NCBI RefSeq assembly: GCF_009914755.1
Contig: NC_060926.1
Length of the DNA: 64,000 nucleotides
Strand: one strand, 5' to 3'
From: the human T2T-CHM13v2.0 reference genome, Homo sapiens
Below, piece after piece: positions 1 to 21,459 of this stretch. The position numbers and the translations under genes were made by a program. The notes beneath the pieces were generated by a model. That model saw only the letters and a program-made list of their open reading frames with translations, did no database searches and was not told where the DNA came from. Positions within the stretch are counted from its first letter, which is position 1; every line of letters starts with the position of its first letter.

Positions 1-3878
<3,878 letters not shown>

Positions 3879-6251
3879 TATACACTAATACACATTAACC
3901 AACTTAAAAAAATAGTAGAGAAAGGTCATTTAAAAAATATGAAGGATAGAGTAATAATCTAACACGTTGAAATCTAAGAAGGAGAAAACAGCTTGTCTGA
4001 ACAGCATTTTAAGTGGCAATGTTAGAGGTTTTATCAAAATTGACCAATAATATTAAACCTCAGGTTCAGGAGACTTTTCAAAGCAAAGGAAAACACACAC
4101 AGAGAACACATCTAGAAACATAATGGGGCAATTTCTGAAAAGTAAAAGAAAAATGTAAAGAGCACTTGATAAAAAAAAAAATGGACTAACTACAAAGAGA
4201 AAGAGTTGACTGATAACAACTTTCTCAAATGAAACAACGAAAGCCAACAAGTGAGGTACTGATATCTTTCAAGTCCTGAAATAAAATAAGTGCTGACCTA
4301 GAACTGTCTACTTGGTGGACATATCCATCAAAACAAAGATACAATAAAGAATTTCTCCCAAGCAGACACACAGGAAAAGAAATACTAAACATTATTCTTC
4401 AGATAGAAGAGCCATGATCCCTGAGGAAAATTTGCATTTAGAAGAACAATTTTTTTAATGAAAGAAATAAACATAGAGAGAAATTTAATTGGATATCGAC
4501 TGTATAACAGAATGCTATCTCATAAAGTTTAAAATATATCTTCCGTACAATGGCAGAAGCATATAAGTTGTGAGTTGGATAAATTAATTTTAAAATATTG
4601 TCAAGTTTTTTTTTTTTTTTTTTTTTTGCAAATAGACAAATGGACCAATTATATTAGACCCTGAATCCAAGAATACACGTTGTATTAAACCAGGTAAAAT
4701 ATAACCAGACCAGATTTTTTAAATGGACTCTCTTAAAGTTTTTATAATTTATATTCATATTTCACATATGTTGAAAGTAAATAATGGAAAAGCATGCAAT
4801 GCAAATATTAACCAAAATATAGCTTTAGTTGTACTTATATTCACATTTTAAAAGTTGGACACAGTTAAGTCTCAGTGATTTTTTTACACAACGGAGGCAA
4901 GCTGTGCAGTTTTAACTAGTATTATATTATGCTCTTGGCCTGATTACAGAAGGGAAAGGGGAGATCATACCAGACAATGGCAGAATGAAGCAACAAGGAG
5001 TAGAGTTACAGAACATGATGCTGTAACTTGGACTGGAGTTACTCTTTTAGAGTTAAAGAATAGTAAACAGGACAAAATATATGAAACATTTTTTTGAAGT
5101 ACTGAACATCGGCAGCTCAGGACTGTGCTCTGCAAGAGAAGAGAAGGAGCCAGAATGAGTCCTGCATTATTCCCAGATTCTCCGTGACAGCAGTAGAGAA
5201 GAATCCCAGAGACAGCAGACATTGTCATTGCACTGAGGAACCAGATAAAAATCAAAAAAGGTTAAGTAGCTGGAATGTGTAGTAGAAGAGAACGTTTACA
5301 GAAAAAGGAACCAAGAATCAGCCTAAGGATTCTCCCAAGTCCCTAAGCCAAATGTACATAGGATGAAATTCTAAGGAGCTCAGCAAAAGACTCTACCAGG
5401 GAGTTGGAAGAAGAACACTTCCCTGGCATCACATGACAGGAAGACACGTTAGTTGTGACCAGCCAGAGATGGGAATCCCCTCTGTACCTCCAGGATATTC
5501 AGTAAAGACAACTGGAGGTTCATGCCCTAGTGACAGTGCTCATTTAGCTCCAAATTACAGATGGCTCTAGACTAACTCAACAAATTTTAAAGAGGAGATT
5601 TAAAGCAACAACAGAAAAATACTCATCCTGAAGTTACTGAACTGCCTGCCACAACATTGTTCAAAGGTAGCCAATCAAATCTAGATATTCAATAGCATAA
5701 CACCAAAATACCCCCCCCAAAAAAAACTCTGACATGCAAAGAAGCCGTAAGATATATATAATTAAGATATATATTAACAGGATAAAAATAAGTCATTTAT
5801 AAATGACAGAAAAGAAGGAAATTTCAAGGTCCTTAAAGTAAATATATTTTATAAATACATATAGATAAATACATATATATGTCAAGGTACTTAAATGAAA
5901 ATTGAACATAGGAGAAAAATAGAAGTTATAAAATGAAAAATATGACATGTATAGATGAAAAATAAATATTTTAAATAAAAATTCCATGAGATAGAATAAG
6001 TAATGGATTTTACCCTAACATCAGAAAATTTATAGAACAAAATAGAAGCTTTACAAACTAAAGGACAAAGGGTAAACTAAAATAAGAAAGCCAGAAACTC
6101 ACTGATACGTCAGACAATATGCAGCAGTGTAACATACATGTAATTAATATCTCAAAAAGGATGGGTGGGGGAATTACAGGTGAATAAAGAATGGTACACT
6201 CATTCCTGAGGGCACCGAGGAGGGAGGATAGCTTTAGATTCCTAAGGGAGG

Positions 6252-6372
6252 GTATTATCCATTCATGAAGGTCGAACCCCATGACCAAACACCTCCCAGT
6301 AAGCCCCACCTGCAACATTGGGGATCAAATTTTAACCTGAGATTGGAAGGGGCAAGCATTCAAACCATAGCA
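6252..6372 (-). mobile_element. MaLR LTR fragment (MST/MLT1A-like)
   Basis: Contains 'atccattcatgaagg...ccccatgaccaaacacctccc...ccccacc...caaaccatagca', typical of an MST LTR end. Confidence 0.65.
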
Positions 6373-7740
6373 AGAGTTAAATTTCCTTTTAAAAAAAATC
6401 ACCGATATGATTCCATTTCGCCATAGATAAAAGCTAGTATTTCAGCCTACCATTGAGTGTGCTTATAGCTCACCAAAAGGGCACTCTGTCTCGGGAATAC
6501 AGATTTGCCTAGAGGTATCCTGTTGCAGTCAAAGAAAGAGCATTGAGGGATAGAAAAGGTTAGTGATGGAGACACCAGCGCTGCATTTTGCAACAAACAA
6601 TGTAAAAACTTTACGGATTGGTTCTGCTAACTTACTACAGTTTACATTCCTCTCATGTGGGAGAATTGTTGCGTTTTTTCTTAAGTTAGAAAAGCAATTC
6701 AGATAATCTGAAATCTCCACAAGAAGGATAAGAAGCACAGCAGAAACTATTCCAGGCAGGAAGTCAGTCCTTTCAACTGTCTGTGCTCCATAGAAACAAT
6801 TGTCTGCACTGGGAGTCATATGAGGTACAGACAACAGCCAGACCTCTGATCCTCTCATTAGCAATTTCAGAAGAAATTACCAGTCAACTGAGTAATTCAC
6901 TGAGTTAAGTAAACATTTGGCACTGAAAGAGGTTAGACGGATAACTATTTGTATCACCATATTCATGAAGCTGGAATATTTTCCATTACTGGTATCACAT
7001 CCGAATGGAAGATGTTAAAAGGTCTCTCATCTTGTAAGATGGATATGAAAGAACATTTTCTGAGAAATGAAATTATTAACACACCTGCGAGGTGGATGGA
7101 AGAGAAAAAAAAGAATAAGCAGCTTGAGTTCTTCTCCTTGATAAGACAACTCACTAAAAACATAGAGAAAAATACAAGTTTAAAACAATTAACCAGAAGA
7201 AGACGACTCTAGAGTTTTTAAATTGTTGATAAGATTTTAATTTGCTCCAAGTTGAAAATAATTATATTCCTTGTGTTTTAAGGCACATGATGAGCAATTA
7301 CATCACACATGATAGTTTCAGCAGTAAAATAGTATCCGTTAACAGCTGGAACTCATAAAAGCATAGCACAATGTGAAGATGGAATTTGCTAAAATAAACC
7401 ATCTGCTGAAAACTACTATTCTGCACATTTAAAAGTAAAGTCTAAATGTTATTTGTCTCATTTAATAGGTCTGTGAAAAAATGCGCTATTTGAAAAGTAG
7501 GTGCTACCTTAATTAATTCTTTATATTAGATGGCTGGTTACAGTAATGCACAGTAAGGTGCTACATAGATATATTGCTAAATTTTCTGCATATACTATGT
7601 ATTTGGCTTAAATTATTTGAAATTTTATAGTTAAAATAACAAATGTATATTTAAATGTTTTGACACAAATTGCAAATATACCTTTAAAAAGAGTCTTACA
7701 CTCTAAATATTATTTGTCACCTACATATTTGTCTTTTCTC

Positions 7741-8628
<888 letters not shown>

Positions 8629-9599
8629 TATGTACAATAAATATTATTGTGATTTTTAATCTTTACTCTTCTGTGAAGAAAACACAGGTGTGATTTCTAG
8701 TGTAGCTGCACATCTTTTATTTGACAATATTGCACTTGTGTGTCGGTGTGTGGGTGTGTAGCTACTCTTTAATTTTGTTCTCACATAATGATTAGATATT
8801 AACAATTAATTCAGTAAAATGTATGTTTTGCAATATTTCTCCATGATATTATGCTTTAAATTAGTTTAATCATGCCCCTATAATGTGTACATTTTAACCT
8901 TCGACAATAGGTCTCAATCTTACTTTGATTCCTGTATTTGAATTTATGCTAATGAAGTCCTACAGCTGAAAAAGATTATATAAACTTATCTACATTTTTA
9001 CTAGTATTCTGGTGTCATTTTACATTATGTAATGAAATCAAATTTTAATTTGGATTATTGTTATCTGAGTTAAGGATCTAAATTTGTAATTTTCTTATAA
9101 ATATTACATAATTATTTCTGAACCATATATTGACTAATCTGCCCTTTATATGATGTGCATTATAAGAGCTTGGGATTGTTTCATTTGCAAAGATGAATGC
9201 TTGAGAAGTAGATAATTAATCATAACATTTCAAAATCTACTGGATAACCTAGAATTGAAAAATAGCCTATAGGTTGAAAAACTCCTGTAGTGAAGAAAGA
9301 AAATAACTAATATACAGTGACAATATAAATATTATAAGTATTTATTTTATTATCGTCCTGAAATTTGATAATACAAACATGTACTATCTACATATCATCC
9401 ATATATCAGGTCAGAAAAAATCAATACATTCTTCAAAAATTTAGCATAACAGAAAATGCACTCTCTCTCCTTCATGGAATTAAGTTACAAATAAAAGTAA
9501 AAATAAGTAGATAAGTAGATGGAAGTAGATGTTTAAAAACAAAGAAAAATATTTGTTTTGGATAACACAAAATCTCAATTGACAGTTCCAATATTTCCA

Positions 9600-9797
9600 G
9601 AACTTTGACTGTCAACTTGTGGAGAGTTTTCCCCAGGAGACATTTGTCAATGTCTAGGGTTATTGTGGGGATGTCAAGACTGGTGGAGGTGTGAAATGTA
9701 GAGGTCAAACGAAACACCTAGCATTGCTAGGGAAGCCTCCCACAACAAAGAATCCTCTGGTCCTAAAGGTAAGTAGCACCAAGGTTGAGAAACCATA
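9600..9797. mobile_element. MER20-like hAT DNA transposon relic
   Basis: Contains 'ccccaggagacatttgtcaatgtct...cccacaacaaagaat...aaggttgagaaacc'. Confidence 0.6.
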
Positions 9798-10529
9798 ATC
9801 TAGACAGTAAACACTACGTAGCTATTCCAAGTGCTCAGGAAAACACATCAGTGCCCTCGAGGGGAAAAGTGTAAACATTTTAATTGCTGTACATGGTGAC
9901 ACAAATCCATGTTGTTAATCTAAGTGGAAGGGGCTGAAGCACACAACGTAATTCAAAGAGTTTACTTGAGCCACGATGAGGACAGCTGCCTGGAAGAAAC
10001 AGACCCAAGTATCCTTGGATATGAACTCCCTTTGGAGCTTTGCAACAAGCAGTTTCTTAAAGGCAAAAAAGGGTCCAGAAGTGGGATGATCCAAAGAGGT
10101 TTGTCACAAATTCTCATTGGCTTATGGAAATAACATTTATTAGTGACTGGCTATACACTGTTACACTATTATTGGGTGTGGATTATAGTGTCTGGTGTGG
10201 CGTTATTGGTTAATTTATAGCTACTGTGGCAACAGCAAGCAGCCTAGATGAACACACAGCTCAAAGAGGAGCAGGACAGAACTGCTGTCTCATTTGAATA
10301 TCTCTCTGGGCCTGATTATTTAAAAGGACTTGCATTTCTCACATGAAAGTTATTTTCTTTTCTCCATGTCCATAAATGAGAATAAATAGACATAAAATAG
10401 ATCTTTTCGAGGATGAAGTAAATGGAATGAAAAACAAAACCCAAGCTGACCAGAAATCATAGAGGGAAGAAAAGGTTATAAATATATGGATTTTTCAAAG
10501 TGATTTTAAGCTATTAGGAATCAGTTAAA

Positions 10530-11098
10530 TGTTGGGGGATTTTGTCTGAGAATGGGCTAAAGGAGAATGTCCCTTTTGCCTTCTGAAGTTTCCCTGAAAA
10601 TCACTAATAGGAGGCAGATACATAGTAGAAAAGGCATACAGGTTTCTGCAATGTGTGTACACTGGAGCCCTTAGAACGAAGACCCAGACACAGGATGCGT
10701 GCAGAAGCTTATCTACCACATGAAGTTTACAGAAAGAATGGGGTCTTGGATCACAGGGAAAAAAAAAAAAAAAGGTTATGTGAGAAAACGACCCTGGCTA
10801 GCAAGAGTGGACTTATTACATAGGTGGAACCTCACTGGGAGCAGTCCTCAGAGAGAATGGACAGAAAATGTTTCTTTCAGACCTTTGGAGACCTCAGACT
10901 CTCAGTTAACCTTTCCTAGATCCAGACAAGGGGGCAGACCTCAGAGAAAGCCTGGCTGCATCAAGGCAGATTCTCTACCAATGCAAATCTCCCCAAGACA
11001 GCTTTGCAGCTATGTTAGCATTTCCAGCCCTTCTCAATAGCCATTTTGAAATATATCAAGGAAATATATTTAGGGGTAAAATATATTAGTTTCCTTCA
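10530..11098 (-). mobile_element. ERV1-class solo LTR (MER39/MER34-like)
   Basis: TG...CA termini, homology to 7741-8628, and an end reading 'ggggtaaaatatattagtttccttca'. Confidence 0.6.
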
Positions 11099-13418
11099 TA
11101 CAGTTATAAAACATACAGGAATAATTTTTGTCAATGTCTACTACAAATCCAATATAGCAGTAATTATAAAACCCACCAGATATCGAAGAAAAAATATGTA
11201 GAGTACATCAATTACCAATGTTGATACTAAAATGCCAAATAAAATAAAAATAATATCCAACAATATTTGAAAGAGTAAGACAAGAAATTGGCAAAAAATA
11301 AAACAAATATCCACCTTGGAGATGAAAGTGTGTTTCCAAATTTGGTAATCCAATAATATTAATAATCATGTTGATTAGCACAAATTAAAAATAAATAGGG
11401 GATTCTCAGTACATGCTAAAATATATTTATTAAAAGGCAATATTCATGACTTTAAAGATTTTAAATGCTCTAAAGAGTCTGATATTCTATATGCAAATAT
11501 GTGTATGTCCACTACAAGAAGAGAGGCCTGATTTTCATGTGTTACTACATAGAGATAGAGAAGTGGATAGATTAATTTGCATATGCATAGAGAAAGCATA
11601 AAATAGAAATTTACTATCATATTAAAGGAATTTAAATTCAACAATAAAATAATTCAAAGGTAAAATTTTAACTATTTTTAACAGGTACATTATTAATATT
11701 AGATAATATTTATAATAATTGTGAAAATATTCAATGCTAAAATAAGATAGTATGTCTAAACACCAGTATTAAAACTAGTATAAATATTTGCTTGTTTATA
11801 CAAGGAAAATTCAAGCTTGACCTAAAATTATATAGGAAAGAAAAGAAAAATTTTAAGGGAGCTCTTTAATAACATAAACATATATATATACACACACACA
11901 TATAACATGTATATATGTTATATGGGATAGATATAGATTTAACATGTTATATCTATATTTGTATCTGTAACTACAGCTGTATGTATCTACATTTCTATAT
12001 ATTTACTCTGATATAAATATTGACTGGAATAAATATAAAGGCACATATGATTCTTGGATTAAAAGGATTTAGTATCATAAAGACAAATTCTTTCCAAATT
12101 CACCTATGAATTCACAACAATATACAGTTTCATTAGTATAATTTAAAATTTTTAAATAAATTCCAAGATTCATTTAAAGGAATATACATATATACAAGCA
12201 GTCAAGAAAGAAGCAAGAGTGCACTAAACTAACTTGCTTTTAAAATACACTTTTAAACTTAGCAACTAAAACTGAGCAGTACTGATTTGGAGTACTGGAA
12301 TTTAGGTATATGGGATCTCAAAAGCACAGAGCTCAAAGGAGACCGCTGTATGCACGAGAGCTTAGGATGTGCTTTAGAAGGCATTACCAAACCACGGGAA
12401 AAGTTACTTTAGTGTCTTAGTCTTACTAGGTTTGAAAAGCCAGAAAAAAGACTCAAAACCACCATATAAGAGCAAAACAAAAGGACAGGGAGAGAATGTG
12501 AAGATACTGAAACATTTTACATAAAGTTGTATAAAACATCCTTTAAGGAAAATGTAAAGTTTAGGATATTCATCAAAATCAGCAGAGCCACTAAATAAAT
12601 AAATAGGCATTGTAAAATAGCAAGAGAAAATTTAAATGGATTTCTAAAAAATATTGACACCTATGATTTTTAAAATATGTTTAAGAAATCCCGTATTTCA
12701 CAGGGCAGCCTTTCACAACACAGATATGTTAGGACATAAAGGTCTTTCTGTTTTTAATTTACTAGTGTTTATAGGGTTACAAATGTCTTCTACCCTTGTC
12801 TTTTGTCTGATGGTGCAAAAAATTTTCATAAGCATGTATTTCTGAATGCCTGATGGATTGACATATATAATATGCTGCTAGTATTAAAATATGTGACGGA
12901 AAACGCATCCAATCTTCTCACTGTTTACATAAATTCTAGGTTTCTCCTATTTACCTCAAGCACGTATGGAGCGAATTCTTACCTTGTAATATTGCCATGG
13001 CATTCACATTGAACATAAGTTGAACTCTCTCATATGGTAGCTGGGTTCAGATTCCCTTGACAATTTCCAGTTCTAACCCTCACAGTTCCTCAGTGTGGCT
13101 GGCCCAGATATTGACCCTACACAGTTGCCTCCTCCTGGTGACTACCAGCTATGGAACCGTTGGATACAACCTACCTGACTCACCCCACAGACCTCACAGC
13201 GCACATGGACAGCCCCCACACGCCAGAGCGACCTGCTCGGTTGCAGCGGGAGTCAAGAAATGTGCCTGCTGGCACTCACCCCACCGACTAGTGCCCCGTG
13301 GAAAACTTATTTGGGTAATGTTCTGGGCCCAATGAAGTCTGGAGTCCCACAGACCCTTTTCTCTCTCCAGGTCCCCACTCATCTTCCCCATTTTGTTCAG
13401 CCTTGTAAGGTGTGCTAC

Positions 13419-13765
13419 TGTATTAGTCCATTTTCACACCGCCAGTAAAGACATGCCCAAGACTGGGTAATTTCCAGAAGAAAGAGGTTTAATAGACGCA
13501 CAGTTCCACATAGCTGGGTAGGCCTCACAATCATGGTGCAAGGTGAAAGGCACGTCTCACATGGCAGCAGACAAGAAAAGAGAGCTTGTGCAGGGAAACT
13601 CCTCTTTGTAAAACCATCAGATCTTGTGAGACTTATTCACTATCAGAAGAACAGCATGGGAAAGACCTGCCCCCACGATTCAATTTCCTCCCACCTGTTC
13701 CCTCCCACAACATGTGGGAATTCAAGATGAGATTTGGCTGGGGACACAGCTAAACCCTCTTCTCA
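13419..13765 (-). mobile_element. THE1 (MaLR) solo LTR with a 5-bp TSD, inserted into an older LTR-like sequence
   Basis: THE1 sequence 'tgtattagtcc...gacacagctaaacc'. Perfect TSD GCTAC at 13414-13418 and 13766-13770. Confidence 0.92.
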
Positions 13766-15336
13766 GCTACCCTCTTCTCTCTGGATCTGTGAGTAATAAA
13801 CCTACTTCTGTGATTTCCCATGTTTGTTCCTGTGGCCTCCATGTCTCTGATCTGACCTACACTGGAACCTAACTCTCCTCCTGGCCAGGGTCTCTGAGAG
13901 TGGCTCTTGTCAGAAATACACAGGACATAGGTCAGGCAACAGTCACCAGGCATCTCCTAGTCTCAACAGATGTTCTGTGAGAAGGAGGCCTGGTCGTGGG
14001 ATGCAAACCTGGCCACTGCTGGGGCAAGGAAGTGCCCTATGAAAGGCACATGTTAAGCATCCACAACCCCCTGACCAGAACCCCAGAAAGGCAGGGCTCC
14101 AATTGACAGTCACTCTCCAGAGACAAACCTCAAGCCCTAACTGCAGTAAAAGAAAACAATGTAAAATGTTGAATTTATCTTACTATTTCAATGATCCAGT
14201 AAAGACATTCTATGCCTGTACACCACATATTTTCTTCAGTTGTGCATATATTTTAGATAGAATTTTATGTCTGGCTTTCACTTTAGCCTGGTCCCTACCT
14301 CTAGCATAAGGTAAAGATTTTCCATGGGTTCTTTTCTGGTACTACTACCTGCCAGTGTGGGGTCATGTCCTAGTCTATCTCGAGGGAACCCCCCTGTTCA
14401 TTGTTGTCAGAGTGAGACTGTTAAGTCTTGATTTCCCTGGACAACTTCACTCCATGACTTTTAATATGATTTTTCAGTATACCCTTTACTGGACAATAAA
14501 TTATATAGTTATCTGAGTAAGAGATATGGTCAGGAAGAGGCATTGCCTCATTCAGCTTTTCTTTTTGGTGAACTCGCGTATGTTCTCCTCACCCGCCAGT
14601 CGCCCCTAAAACGTATTGTTCCAAGACAACAAACAGAACTCGAGTGTGTATCTTTCACCACTGGATTTGTGTTTGCTCCATAAAGCTTCATGCTTAATAG
14701 GGTTTCTGTTAGCATTTTCTCTATTTATTTTCCCATAAAATATCACAGGCCTTCTTTCTATGGAATTATGGGTGATTTCCTTCAATCTGCATCATATAAA
14801 GTTGAAGTTCATGTTGATGGAGGGTAAAACATACGTTGAAAATATCAGTAATGATGTTTTCCCCTCCTTTTTAGCACCTGTGCTTGTGATACAAGCACAT
14901 TGTGATACAAGCACAATGTAATACAATTATAGTCTCATGCTTTGATCATTCCTATGATGAAAATAACATTTTTAGATAATATGTCTGAGTTTTATGAGGC
15001 CTTTAGTATGTGATGTGATAGAATATCAGAAGACCTTACTTTTTTCTAGTTTTCCATGCAATTCTATCATTGTTTCATCTTTACTCCTACCAGAGTAATT
15101 TTCCAAAATAGATATCTTGTCATTCTTCCTGTTGTTATCAGTAAATAAGTGAAATGAAAAGCTAGATTATATAATTTATCTAGAACAAGAAAGTAGAATT
15201 GAATCTATATTCATTAATGAGACTAACCAGTCAATTACACAGATAGGCACTTTAGATTTTGAAGATCATATGGACCCATTGTCAGAAATATTATTATTTA
15301 TGTCTATATGGACATCATCTGTGCATATTTACATAG

Positions 15337-15658
<322 letters not shown>

Positions 15659-16644
15659 TGGAAGCTGATTTTTAAAATACTGAGATCATATAGATGACAG
15701 CACCTGAAAAATAGACAACACCAAGCTTTATGTTAAAAGGTGTGAGGGTATCAATATTGTTGTGGCTATTGGGGAGGAAAACATTAGTAAAACCAGTAAG
15801 TTAAAGCTCTTGCTTTAAACTTTGGCTTTAATTTAACAAATGTTCTATGGAGTGACAGTATGTACGTAACCATGCTATGCCCATTCACAGATGCAGTAGA
15901 GGGAAGAATTTCTCAAAGACAACTGTTCTAAGACTCAAATTAATCCGTACTGGGTTTGAAAAGAGAAAGTCCAGGAATTACCAAATATTTTAGATATCAG
16001 ATAAAAGAGAATGCCAGGTATGCGATGATAATCAGCAATGGTTGTTCACACAATACATCAAATCAGTATTTGAATTAGCTTTTGAATTACAAGGACAAAT
16101 GGATCAAGTCTAGACTCTTTAGTAGATAAATCTTATTAGGCTGAGATGTGTTTTCCCCTGTTTTTCCACAAGGAGATTACAAATTTGCAAACCTCAGCTG
16201 CTCTCATTTTATGCTCTCACCAAGCCAAAAGCTGTAGTTCATCAATCAGTGTGTCTAAGTGTTCACTGGTTATATACCATTTTGTAGTTTCAGCTATCTT
16301 CCCAACTTCCTAAATCATCACCTTCATTTGATCTTGTTTTTTTTCCACTATCACTTCTTTATTGACCATATAAAAAATATAAGTAAGTTCTTATTTTGCT
16401 ATTGTTCATTTCAGTCTAATTTCATCAAAATATCACAATCTTTTAATTTCATTTTAATTTCAAAGATTAAATGAAACCTACATAGAAATGAGTGTAAGAT
16501 TTGCATTTGCATTATTTTGGCATCAATTTGCTATCCTCCCTCATGCACATAGAGATCATTTCCATGTATGTGATTTCAAACATCCAAGTGCAGTATTAAA
16601 AGCAGTTGTAAATTATGGTTCTCATTTTCATGATACAATTACAG

Positions 16645-17468
<824 letters not shown>

Positions 17469-17557
17469 CAGACATAATCTATTTACCTGCAGATTAAAGC
17501 GTTCTTTATTTTTCTGTTTCCCTCTCTTAATTTTTTTAAACTAATATGAATTGTAGT

Positions 17558-18175
17558 AAAGAGAAAGAAAGAAAACAAAGAAAGAAAAAGAAGGAAGGAA
17601 GGAAATAAAGAAAGAAGAAAGAAAAGAAGGAGGAAATGAGGGAAGGAAGGGAGGGAGGGAGGAAGGGAGAAAGGCAGGAAGGGAGAAAAAAGAAAGCATG
17701 AACACAAGAAAGAAAGAAGGAAAGAAAGAAAGAGAAAGAGAGAGAGAAAGAGAGAAAGAAAGAAAGAAAGAAAGGAAAGGAGGAAGGAAAGGAGGAAGAG
17801 AGAATGGCAAAAGGGAGGAAGACAAAGAAACAAAGAAAATAAAGAGGCAAAGGAAGGAAAAAGAGGAAAGGAAGTGAGGGAGGAAGGAAGAAAAGGAGGG
17901 CAGGAGGAAGGGAGAAAAAAGGGAAGAAAGCAAGAACGTGAGAAAGAAAGAAAGAATATGAGAAAAGAAGGAAGAAAAGGGAGGGAGAAAGGAAGGGAGG
18001 GAGGAGGGAAGGAAGAATAAGAGGAAAGAAAGAAAGAAGAAAAGAAGGAAGGAAGGAGAAAAAAGAAAAGAAAGGAAAAGCAAAAAGGAAAGAAAAGGAA
18101 GAGGAAAAGAAGAAAGGAAGGAAGAAGCAAGGGAATGGAAGAGAAAGGAAGACGGAAAGAAGGAAGCAAGAACGC
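17558..18175. repeat. About 600-bp polypurine (GAAA/GGAA/GAG) low-complexity tract
   Basis: Almost exclusively A/G on the + strand. Confidence 0.95.
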
Positions 18176-19089
18176 AAATATTAGAAATTCTGCGTTTGTT
18201 AAAGAATATGCCATACTGTTTTTTTTTTTTTCACTTGAAAGAGTATCTGCCATTGAAGATTGGGTGTCTTGTTGGTGATATTGTTGTTCTTATCTTCCAC
18301 ATGATTACTGAGTTTGTGCCTAGTCTTTCCATTACTAAGACAAAAGTGTTGAAGTCTGCAAATATAATTTTGGATTTTTCTAGTTCACCTTTGATTTCTT
18401 TCATGTTTTACCTCATGTATTTGGAGGTTCTGTTGTTAGCTGCATACCCTAATTAGTAGGATGTTTACATCTTCTTGAGAACGGATTATTCTATTATCTA
18501 TTATCTCTCATCTCTGATACTATTTCTTGTTCCGAACTCTGTTGTGTCTAATATCAATGTAGTCCTTCCACAGCTTTATTTTAGTGTTTCCATGATAAGG
18601 CTTTCTCCATATCTTGTTGAAAACCTATTTATATCTCTAAATATTTGGAGCAAGATATAAAATTTAGACTTGATTTTTTAAAGATTTTTCAAGATGTAAT
18701 TCTTATTTCTTTTTGTTCTATTTGTCATTCTCTGAGTTTCCTATATTTGAAGTTTGATTTTCTGTCACTTCTTTTAGAATATTTTTGGCAGTTATTTTGA
18801 AAAATATTTCTTTTGCTCCATTACTTTTCCCTCTTTTCTTTTTGGGATTTCAATCATAACTAGAGTAGGTAATTTCATCTCAGTCTTATGCAGGTACTTT
18901 TTCTCAGGGTCTCAGGAATGTAGCATTCTCACACTTCTGTTCCTTTCCTGGCTGTGTTGGTGAGCTCAGTGATATTCCTCCTTCACCTTCAAGAGCAGTT
19001 TTGTTTTGTTTTTCCTGTTTTCATACTCCCAGCATCAGGAGTATTCTAAGTGTGGCAGTTTTTCTTGCCTTCCCCTACATATTAAGTGT

Positions 19090-19380
19090 GATATCTTGGT
19101 CTGTTTGGACTCTTTTAACAAAATAACATAAACTGGGTGACTAAAAAACAGCAGATATTTCTTTTTTCACACCTCTTGAGGCTGTAAGATCTCAGGCCAA
19201 GATGCTCACAAATTCAGTGTTGATGAGAGCCAATTTCCTGGTTCATAGATGGTGCCTTCTTTCTATGTCCTCACATATTGGAAGGCACACAAGAACTCCA
19301 TTGAGCTTCTTTTATAAAGGCACTAATCCCATTCATAAGGGCTCGGCCCCCAAGACCTGGTCACCTCCCAAGTGTTCTGC
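19090..19380 (-). mobile_element. MLT1A/MST-like LTR fragment
   Basis: 'tcttggtctgtttgg...aacaaaata.cataaactgggtg' and 'ttttataaaggcactaatcccattcataagggctc'. Confidence 0.6.
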
Positions 19381-21038
19381 TCTCCCTGATCTGTGTCATA
19401 TACAGACTCTCTTGGATTCCTTACCAATTGCTTGAGAGATCGCAGTGGGTTTGTGCGGAAAAAGTTTTCAAGATGATGGATCTTTCCCAACTTCTGCAGC
19501 TGTCAGCGGTCTCCCAATCTCACCAGCCCCACTTTGCTTTAGGAATTTATTGATTATTCCAGCTTTACTTGTCATAGTGGTGTCTATTTGCATCTGTCCT
19601 ATGTGAGTGCATCTGTCCTCTTTCTCCTTGCAGGTGCTTGTTTTCCTTCACATTTTGACTCAGTTCTTGGCAACCTCGTTGCTATAAAGTAAAGTGATGA
19701 CTTTGAAGTTAGTTTGGTTCTTTCATTGTTGTCAGGTTAGGAACCCTATTCCATCCCAGATCTCCAAAACCCAGACTTTTTGGGGGGTTGAAATTTTAGG
19801 CTTTCTCTTTGAATTGTAGTTTTATCTTCTTTCAGCTACCATTTGCATTTTCATAATGATTAATGAGACTAAGCTTTTTTTGTGTAGTTGACTGTACCTT
19901 TGGATTTTTTTCCCAAATACCTTTTTATTTCTTCTTTTCTTTATGGTTTTAGAAAATGTAGTTTACATAATTGCAGCTTGATTTTTTACTCAGTTAATGG
20001 CATGCTTAATGGAGAGAAAAAATATTAAATATATTTCCCTTTTTAATTACTGTGCTTTTTCCTTTTTTAAGGAAATGCTTCATTATGTTAAATTTCAGTG
20101 TTATTCTACTTAGCTATTCCTTAAATATTATAGTATTTTGGATTTCACATGTAAATTTGTAACATATCTTGAGTTTATTATGTATAGACTAAGGCTATTT
20201 TCTCTTTTTTGTTTTTTAAGGTAAAAATCACATAATACAAAAGTAATAACAACCATTTTAAAGCATACAATGCACTTGCTTTTAGTATATTCACCATGTT
20301 CCAGGGCAATTTCATCATGTCCCTTACAAAAACCCATTATGCATAAAGTGGTTACACCCTATTCTGCTTCCCTGAGCCCTAATGACCACTAATCTGATTT
20401 ATATCCCAATTGATTTGCCAATTCCTGATGTTTCATGTGAATCAAATCAAGTAATATTTGTCCTTTTGTGCACTTAACATAATGCTTTCAAATTTCACCA
20501 ATATTATACCATATATAAGTACTTCATTCTTCGTTATAGCTGAAAATTGGGTGTCCCTTTATGAGTCAACAAGCATATGGATTGTTTCCACTTTTTGACT
20601 GTATGAATATTACTGCTGTAAATATTCATGCACATGTTTATTTTCTGAGCACCTATGTTTTGTAAGATTAACAGCTGACTTAAGAGAAACAATGGAAGGC
20701 AAGAGGCAGTAGAATAATATATTCAAAAGATGCAAAGGAAAAAAACCTCTCAGCCACGAATTCCTTATCCAGCAATTATTTTTCAAAAATGAAAATAACA
20801 CAAAGACTTAGCCAGATAAACAGAAACATTAACTGAAGTTGTTGCTGGCAGACTTACCATATAAAAAAAAAAAACTCTAAAAAAATTCCTAAGGCTAAAA
20901 GCAAGTTACAGAAGACAGTCACTTGAATCCACATTTTAAAAAAAGCACTGATATACGTAATATTGACATTATAAAAGACAGTAAAAATGCATTTCTTCTC
21001 TTTATAATAAATTGTTTATTAAATAACATGTGTATAAT

Positions 21039-21459
<421 letters not shown>

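Noticed and set aside
14885-14926. Small direct duplications (also at about 8150, 23275 and 30735)
   Set aside because: Ordinary 9-16 bp slippage duplications with no wider pattern.
17483-18253. Phe/Leu/Ser-rich membrane-like ORFs
   Set aside because: Translation of the pyrimidine strand of a GA tract in all three frames.
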